Assembly: GCA_046596525.1 (NCBI GenBank)
Contig: JBKJMF010000364.1
Coordinates: forward strand, 1 to 34,316
DNA from: Devosia sp.
GTDB lineage: Bacteria > Pseudomonadota > Alphaproteobacteria > Rhizobiales > Devosiaceae
Direction: 5' to 3'
DNA: 34,316 nucleotides
Shown here: positions 28,875-34,316 of the stretch, piece after piece
Numbering within the stretch: position 1 is the stretch's first letter
Layout: every line of letters starts with the position of its first letter
Position numbers and translations under genes: made by a program
Notes under the pieces: generated by a model
Seen by the model: only the letters and a program-made list of their open reading frames with translations
The model's database searches: none
Told to the model about the DNA's origin: nothing

Positions 28875-28957
28875 GTCGTCGGTTCCGAACGCCCCACAAG
28901 CGGTGAGAAACTAGGGGCTGAATGCGTTAACAATGCGATACGGCGTGGTGCCGCAGC

Positions 28958-29845
28958 CTACCAATACAGGAAGCCGGCGGCGACGGCGTCGATACCGCTG
29001 TGAAACAAGCCGACCGCGAACATGAAGAGCGCACCGAAGGTGAGGCTGTCGAGCCGGTCCATCAGCCCGCCGTGGCCGGGAATGATGTCGCCCGAGTCCT
29101 TGACCCGGAAACGCCGCTTGATGGCGCTCTCGGCGAGGTCGCCCGCCTGGCCCAGGACGCTCAGCCCGGCGCATAGGACGAGGCCAATCCACCAAGGCGA
29201 TTGCGGCACCACCAGGAGCCAGACGACGAGACCGACCAGCGTGCCGAGAGCAAAGCCGCCGATGGCGCCTGACCAGGTCTTGGAGGGCGAGATATCCGGC
29301 GCCAGCTTTTCGCCGCCGACCTGGCGGCCGGTAAAGTAGGCGCCCGTATCGGTGGCCCAGATCACTGAACCCAGCAGCAGCCCTGCCCAGAGACCGGTGT
29401 CGAAGACACCAGGCTGGTTCCAGGTGGCGTTGCCGCGAATGAGCATCAGGACGATGATGACGATGCCGTAGAACACGACGCCCGCCACGCGCCAAAGTCG
29501 CGTACCCTGACGTCCGAAGCCTGCCACGATCGCGGCGACGGCGACCGCTGCCAGAGATGCCAGCGGCCCGAACGCCGGATAGATCAGCGCCACGATGACG
29601 AGGAGCCCGATAATGGTGCCGCCAACAGGCGTCAACGGGCGCAGCGTCACCATGCGCTCCCACTCGCGGTAGCAGCCGGCGAATACGGCGGCGACCAGAG
29701 CGCCGAACACGTAGGAGCCGAAATAGAGGCCGACGGCTGCGATCAGAAGAAGGACAATCGCTGAAGCGATGCGGGGCCCGAGGTCCGTCCAGGACCGGCG
29801 GGCGAGCGGATTGAACTGGGGACGCTGGTCCTCCGGTGCGCTCAC
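28958..29845 (-). CDS. cdsA: Phosphatidate cytidylyltransferase
   Basis: WATDTGAYF, ISPSKTWSG, GDLAESAIKRRFRVKDSG..IPGHGGLMDRLD; GTG start with a GAGGAG RBS overlapping the uppS stop. Confidence 0.95.
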   Translation of the reverse strand: MSAPEDQRPQFNPLARRSWTDLGPRIASAIVLLLIAAVGLYFGSYVFGALVAAVFAGCYREWERMVTLRPLTPVGGTIIGLLVIVALIYPAFGPLASLAAVAVAAIVAGFGRQGTRLWRVAGVVFYGIVIIVLMLIRGNATWNQPGVFDTGLWAGLLLGSVIWATDTGAYFTGRQVGGEKLAPDISPSKTWSGAIGGFALGTLVGLVVWLLVVPQSPWWIGLVLCAGLSVLGQAGDLAESAIKRRFRVKDSGDIIPGHGGLMDRLDSLTFGALFMFAVGLFHSGIDAVAAGFLYW

Positions 29846-30603
29846 TGGCTCCTCGACTCGATCCCGCCGAAGCGCCGGTTGCGCGACGAATACTCGTCGA
29901 GCGCCTTGAGGAAGACCTGCTCGCCGAAATCGGGCCAGTTTTCCTCGACGAACACCAGTTCCGAGTAGGCCCCCTGCCACAGCAGGAAATTCGACACGCG
30001 CTGCTCGCCACTGGTGCGGATGATCAGGTCGGGATCGGGGATACCGGAGGTGTAGAGCGCCCGCTCGACGGTCTCCTCGGTGATGTCCTCGACGCGAAGC
30101 TTGCCGGAAGCAACTGCTTGCGCGATGGCTTTGGTCGCCTCGGTGAGCTCGGATTTGCCGCCGTAGTTGAAGGCGACGATCAGCTCGAGCCCGGTATTGC
30201 GGGCGGTCTTGGACTGGACCTCGTCGATCAGTCGCTTCAGGGCGTCATCCAGCCCCTCGCGGGTGCCGATGATCCGCACCCGCACGTTGTTCTGGATCAG
30301 CGTCGCGAGATCGGAGGCGACGAACCGGTGCAGCAGCCCGAAGATGAAGTTGACCTCATCGCGTGGGCGGCTCCAGTTCTCGGACGAAAAGCTAAACACC
30401 GTCAGGTGTTTGACACCGTATTGGATGGACAGGTTGACCAGCCGGCGGAGGGCCTTGACGCCCTCGACATGCCCCTCGGTGCGAACCTTGCCACGCGCCT
30501 TTGCCCACCGGCCATTGCCATCCATGATGACCGCCAGATGGCCAGGAATCTTCAGGCCTGGCTTCTCGTTGAGCGTCGTGGCGACAGCGGTATCGACGGA
30601 CAT
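29842..30603 (-). CDS. uppS: Undecaprenyl diphosphate synthase
   Basis: HLAVIMDGNGRWA, FSSENWSRP, NYGG, DLIIRTSGEQRVSNFLLWQ, RRFGG. Confidence 0.97.
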   Translation of the reverse strand: MSVDTAVATTLNEKPGLKIPGHLAVIMDGNGRWAKARGKVRTEGHVEGVKALRRLVNLSIQYGVKHLTVFSFSSENWSRPRDEVNFIFGLLHRFVASDLATLIQNNVRVRIIGTREGLDDALKRLIDEVQSKTARNTGLELIVAFNYGGKSELTEATKAIAQAVASGKLRVEDITEETVERALYTSGIPDPDLIIRTSGEQRVSNFLLWQGAYSELVFVEENWPDFGEQVFLKALDEYSSRNRRFGGIESRSQ

Positions 30604-30639
30604 TGACGCCCTCCAGGGGCAGCGCGTTACAGGCCTATA

Positions 30640-31200
30640 CTAGACCTGCATGATTTCCTGTTCCTTGACGGCCAGCACATTGTCGACGTCGGCAACAGCG
30701 GCATCGGTCGCCTGCTGCACCTGATCGACGAACTTGCGCCCGTCGTCCTGGCTGATATGGCCGTCTTTTTCGAGTTTTTTGAGGAGATCCATGCCGTCGC
30801 GGCGAATGTGCCGCACTGCGACGCGCGCCTGCTCGGCATAATTGTGGGCGACCTTGGTCAACTCGCGCCGGCGCTCCTCGTTGAGATCGGGCAACGGTAC
30901 GCGGATCACCACGCCTTCGGCAGCGGGATTCAGCCCGAGGCCGGAGTTGCGGATGGCCTTCTCGACAGCACCGGCGAGGGTGCGATCCCATACCTGCACG
31001 CTGAGCATACGGGCTTCCGGCACCGTCACGGTCGCGACCTGGTTGAGCGGCATCTTGCTGCCATAGGCCTCCACCTGAACCGGCTCCAGCAGGCTGGCGC
31101 TGGCGCGCCCGGTCCTGAGGCCAGCCAGTTCGTCCCGGAGAGATGCGATGGACTTCTGCATCCGGTCTTTGAGTGCGGCGAGAGAAAAAGCCTCAGCCAT
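30640..31200 (-). CDS. frr: Ribosome recycling factor
   Basis: LRTGRAS, GLNP, EERRREL, VRHIRRD; GAGGAG RBS before the ATG at 31200. Confidence 0.97.
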   Translation of the reverse strand: MAEAFSLAALKDRMQKSIASLRDELAGLRTGRASASLLEPVQVEAYGSKMPLNQVATVTVPEARMLSVQVWDRTLAGAVEKAIRNSGLGLNPAAEGVVIRVPLPDLNEERRRELTKVAHNYAEQARVAVRHIRRDGMDLLKKLEKDGHISQDDGRKFVDQVQQATDAAVADVDNVLAVKEQEIMQV

Positions 31201-31226
31201 AATAAACTCCTCGATAGTTCCGCGTC

Positions 31227-31940
31227 TTAGCCGACGCGCGTACTTCTTGCCCGGCCGGCCAGGACGCCTTTGAGGCCTTCCTTGTCGTCGAGCGCATAAA
31301 CAATTATCGGCAAGCCGTTGTCGCGGGCAAGCGCGAAGGCGGCGGTGTCCATGACCCTGAGGTCGCGAGAGATCACCTCTTCGTGGCTGATCGTCTCGTA
31401 GCGCTGCGCCTTGGGGTTCTTCTTGGGGTCCTCGGAATAGACCCCATCCACCTTGGTGCCCTTGAGGAGGACGTCGCAACGCAGCTCGATCGCCTTGAGC
31501 GCCGCTGCGGTGTCCGTGGTGAAGAACGGGCTGCCTGTACCGCCGGCGCACACGACGACATAGCCGTCGGCAAGTGCCAGATTGGCGTCGCGGGCCGTGA
31601 ATGTGTCGGCCACCGTCTCCATTGGCACGTTGGAATAGACTTTGACCTTGAGGCCCTTCTGCTCGATGGCATCGCCGAGCGCGAGGGAATTGATCACCGT
31701 GCCGAGCATGCCCATCAGGTCGCTGGTGACCCGGTCGCCGCCCTTGGCAGCCACGGCCATGCCGCGGAAGATGTTGCCCGCGCCGATGACGATCGCCACC
31801 TGGATGCCGCTCTTGGCGACTTCCGCGATCTGGTCGGCCATGGCGTGCAGGAATTTCGGTTCGATGCCAAAAGATTGGTCACCGGCAAGCACTTCGCCGG
31901 AGACTTTCAGCAGAATCCGTTTGTAGGCGGATTTGGCCAT
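31227..31940 (-). CDS. pyrH: Uridylate kinase
   Basis: [43 protein letters not shown]. Confidence 0.97.
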   Translation of the reverse strand: MAKSAYKRILLKVSGEVLAGDQSFGIEPKFLHAMADQIAEVAKSGIQVAIVIGAGNIFRGMAVAAKGGDRVTSDLMGMLGTVINSLALGDAIEQKGLKVKVYSNVPMETVADTFTARDANLALADGYVVVCAGGTGSPFFTTDTAAALKAIELRCDVLLKGTKVDGVYSEDPKKNPKAQRYETISHEEVISRDLRVMDTAAFALARDNGLPIIVYALDDKEGLKGVLAGRARSTRVG

Positions 31941-32009
31941 TCGTCAGTCCCCCGAGGTGCACAAGCAATGCCCGAATCTGTGGGCATCGCAGGCGGTTAT
32001 GGCATATTC

Positions 32010-32034
32010 GGACGGGCTGGTGACCAGCCCGTCC
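32010..32034. other. Perfect 11-bp hairpin between tsf and pyrH
   Basis: GGACGGGCTGG-tga-CCAGCCCGTCC with no clear U-tract on the coding strand. Confidence 0.6.
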
Positions 32035-32051
32035 CAAACTTATCCCGCGTC

Positions 32052-32978
32052 TTACTTGACGCCGGCAGTGGCGGCAACTTCAGCCGCAAAGTCGGTCTCT
32101 TCCTTGGCGATGCCCTCGCCGAGAGCATAGGCGACGAAACCCGTCACCTTGATCGGGGCGCCGGCATCCTTTTCGGCATTCTTGACCACGTCGGCGATCT
32201 TGGTCTCGCCGTCGATCACGAACACCTGCGAGAGAAGCGTGACTTCCTCGTAGAACTTGCGCACGCGGCCCTCGACCATCTTCTCGACGATCTCGGCCGG
32301 CTTGCCGGATTCCTTGGCCTGCTCGGTGAAGATCGCACGCTCGCGGGCCACCACGTCCTGGTCGATGTCGTCAGGCGACACGCTCAGCGGCTTGGTGTTG
32401 GCGATGTGCATGGCGAGCTGCTTGCCCAGGGCATTCAGGGCCGCCTTGTCACCGGTGGACTCGAGCCCGACGATGACGCCGAGCTTGCCGAGGCCGGGTG
32501 CCACCGAGTTGTGCACGTACGAACCGATCACGCCGTCCTTCACCACCAAGGTGCCGGTGCGGCGCAGGTTCATGTTCTCGCCGATCTTGGCGATCGCATC
32601 TGTGAGCTCAGCCGAAGCGGAGCGACCCGAACCCGGGTACGGCATCTCGCTGAGCTTGCCCACGTCGCCATTCGCGTCGAGCGCGAGCTTGGCGATGTTG
32701 GAAACGATCGTCTGGAACTGATCGTTGCGGGCAACGAAGTCAGTCTCGGAGTTCACTTCGACGATCGATGCACGGGTGCCGTCGATCGTGATGCCGACCA
32801 GACCTTCAGCCGCAACGCGGCCGGCCTTCTTGGCGGCCTTGGCGAGACCACGAGTGCGCAGCCAATCGACTGCCGCTTCCTGGTCGCCACCGGTCTCCTC
32901 GAGGGCCCTCTTGCAGTCCATCATCCCCACGCCGGTCAGTTCGCGGAGCTCTTTAACCTGCTGAGCGGTAACAGCCAT
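32052..32978 (-). CDS. tsf: Elongation factor Ts
   Basis: VKELRELTGVGMMDCKRAL, EVNSETDFVA, IGENM, GKPAEIVEKMVEGR. Confidence 0.98.
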   Translation of the reverse strand: MAVTAQQVKELRELTGVGMMDCKRALEETGGDQEAAVDWLRTRGLAKAAKKAGRVAAEGLVGITIDGTRASIVEVNSETDFVARNDQFQTIVSNIAKLALDANGDVGKLSEMPYPGSGRSASAELTDAIAKIGENMNLRRTGTLVVKDGVIGSYVHNSVAPGLGKLGVIVGLESTGDKAALNALGKQLAMHIANTKPLSVSPDDIDQDVVARERAIFTEQAKESGKPAEIVEKMVEGRVRKFYEEVTLLSQVFVIDGETKIADVVKNAEKDAGAPIKVTGFVAYALGEGIAKEETDFAAEVAATAGVK

Positions 32979-33054
32979 TTCGATATCACCTTTCCGCGGC
33001 CCCGCACCGGAGCCGCGCCTTTGTTCGGAAATCTGACGGTCCGGCGAGCCGGAC

Positions 33055-33834
33055 TTAGTTGGCGGCAGACGTCGTATCGGCGTCTTCGGCGCTCAGCGCC
33101 GGCTCCACCGGAGCCTCGGCAGCAGCGCCAAGATCGGCACCACGGCCGGCGGCCGAACGGCCGATGCCGTCGAGGGCCGCGCGCGACACCAGCGAGCAGT
33201 AAAGCTCAAGGGCGCGAGCCGCGTCGTCATTGCCTGGAATGGCGAAATCGACCGTGTCGGGATCCGAATTCGAGTCGACGATGGCGATCACCGGAATGCC
33301 AAGGCGCTTGGCTTCCTTGATGGCGTTCGCTTCCTTGTTGGTGTCGATCACGAACAGCAGGTTCGGCAGGTTGCCCATGTCCTTGATGCCGCCGAGATCG
33401 CGCTCCAGGCGCTCCTTCTCACGCGACAGGAGCAGCAACTCCTTCTTGGTGAAGCCCGACGACTCATCCTGAGCCTCGAGTTCGCGCAGACGCGAGATCG
33501 AGTTCGAGATGGTCTGCCAGTTGGTCAGCGTGCCGCCGAGCCAACGGGAGTTCACATAGTACTGGGCCGACTGGCGAGCAGCCTCGGCGACGACCGGAGC
33601 GGCCTGGCGCTTGGTGCCGACGAACAGCACGCGACCGCCGTCAGCGACGGTGTCCGAGATCAGCTGCAGCGCGCGCTGCAGGGCCGGAACGGTCTGCGAC
33701 AGGTCGAGGATGTGGATGTCGTTGCGGACGCCAAAAATGTGGCGCTCCATCTTCGGGTTCCAGCGATGCTTCTGGTGACCAAAGTGCACGCCTGCTTCGA
33801 GCAACTGGCGCATGGAAAATTCGGGCAATGCCAT
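33055..33834 (-). CDS. rpsB: 30S ribosomal protein S2
   Basis: [35 protein letters not shown]; AAGGAG RBS. Confidence 0.98.
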   Translation of the reverse strand: MALPEFSMRQLLEAGVHFGHQKHRWNPKMERHIFGVRNDIHILDLSQTVPALQRALQLISDTVADGGRVLFVGTKRQAAPVVAEAARQSAQYYVNSRWLGGTLTNWQTISNSISRLRELEAQDESSGFTKKELLLLSREKERLERDLGGIKDMGNLPNLLFVIDTNKEANAIKEAKRLGIPVIAIVDSNSDPDTVDFAIPGNDDAARALELYCSLVSRAALDGIGRSAAGRGADLGAAAEAPVEPALSAEDADTTSAAN

Positions 33835-33965
33835 GAAATGGCTCCTTTACCGGTTTTGCCTCCGCGAGCGTTTGCGACGGGATATCCCGCCACCGGTTGG
33901 AACCACGGCCTCAATGCCGCAGCGCCTCGCTCGCGTGTGAATTACGCCCGGAGTTCCGGACGCGC
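33835..33965 (-). ncRNA. rpsB 5' leader (t44/S2-autoregulatory-like structured RNA)
   Basis: CACAC directly before and GGAGG directly after a long-range stem GCGAGCG/CGCTCGC (33928-33934 with 33864-33870), plus internal hairpins; matches the known rpsB leader layout. Confidence 0.65.
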
Positions 33966-33969
33966 CGCG

Positions 33970-33998
33970 CATATAGGGGGTTTTGGGGGGTTAGGCAA
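33970..33998 (-). promoter_or_regulatory. rpsB-tsf sigma70 promoter TTGCCT-N17-TATATG
   Basis: Exact 17-bp spacer followed by a GC-rich discriminator-like tract. Confidence 0.7.
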
Positions 33999-34029
33999 GG
34001 GTAAGCGGCGAGGCCGGTAACACACTCGA

Positions 34030-34129
34030 TGTCATCCCGGCGCAGGCCGGGATCCATCCTGAGGCGTTTCGCGTCGTGCGATGGTAGCGACACATCTCAG
34101 GATGGCCCCCGGCCTGCTCCGGGGTGACA
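34030..34129. repeat. REP/RPE-like palindromic dyad element
   Basis: Two inverted 34-bp arms (34030-34063 and 34096-34129, 4 mismatches), each with an internal CCGG-N4-CCGG-type hairpin; core TGTCATCCCGGCGCAGGCCGGGATCCAT. Confidence 0.8.
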
Positions 34130-34316
34130 CCGTGGGTGGGGTGAGTGCGGGGGCACGCTGAAGCGCCCGACAGCCCACGGGCTTCGGAGTTTTCAAAGAC
34201 CTTCCCCTTGTCGAGGAAGTCGAAGCGGGACCGGCGAGGCGTTTGCCCCGTAGCGGTTAGTCCGCGAATGAAGAGGCTCACGCCTCGCCGCCCGGCCGGG
34301 GTTTTGGGCCTATGCC

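Noticed and set aside
31383-33320. 645-aa plus-strand ORF antisense to pyrH, tsf and rpsB
   Set aside because: Shadow frame of highly biased, high-GC genes; no recognisable motifs or RBS.
33911-34281. Minus-strand ORFs of 96 aa and 60 aa upstream of rpsB
   Set aside because: They read through the palindromic repeat (WIPACAGMT, MDPGLRRDD) and the rpsB promoter, which is typical of spurious repeat translations. The 96-aa frame is open to the window edge, so a coding role cannot be fully excluded.
1-34316. tRNA, rRNA, IS, integrase, prophage or defence system
   Set aside because: No cloverleaf, rRNA-like tract, transposase, integrase or nuclease motifs, terminal repeats or marked composition shift seen by eye.

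Overview
High-GC alphaproteobacterial chromosome segment. Gene order and protein style suggest Hyphomicrobiales, possibly Devosia-like (inference). The right half (~15.8-34 kb) is conserved core: comEC, gltX, gltA and the minus-strand rpsB-tsf-pyrH-frr-uppS-cdsA-rseP-bamA-lpxD-fabZ-lpxA-lpxI-lpxB cluster. The left half is accessory/metabolic: a TctE-like sensor kinase, a divergent MDR oxidoreductase/LysR pair, a decayed sugar ABC permease, a BA14K-like protein, and a FadR-regulated sugar ABC + L-fuconate dehydratase operon. These are followed by lexA with two SOS boxes and a dgoK-dgoA-lactonase-GH42 galactose cassette. I found no tRNA, rRNA, CRISPR array, transposase, integrase or phage gene, and no clearly novel multi-gene system. 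The best leads are: (1) a BamA with apparently only four POTRA domains and a non-canonical C-terminal strand; (2) a structured non-coding region with a REP-like dyad and a boxA-like motif upstream of rpsB; (3) lexA enclosed by two incomplete sugar-acid cassettes; (4) an LpxA lacking a normally conserved His; (5) terminators embedded in or abutting lipid A genes. All calls come from reading the sequence; no searches were run.
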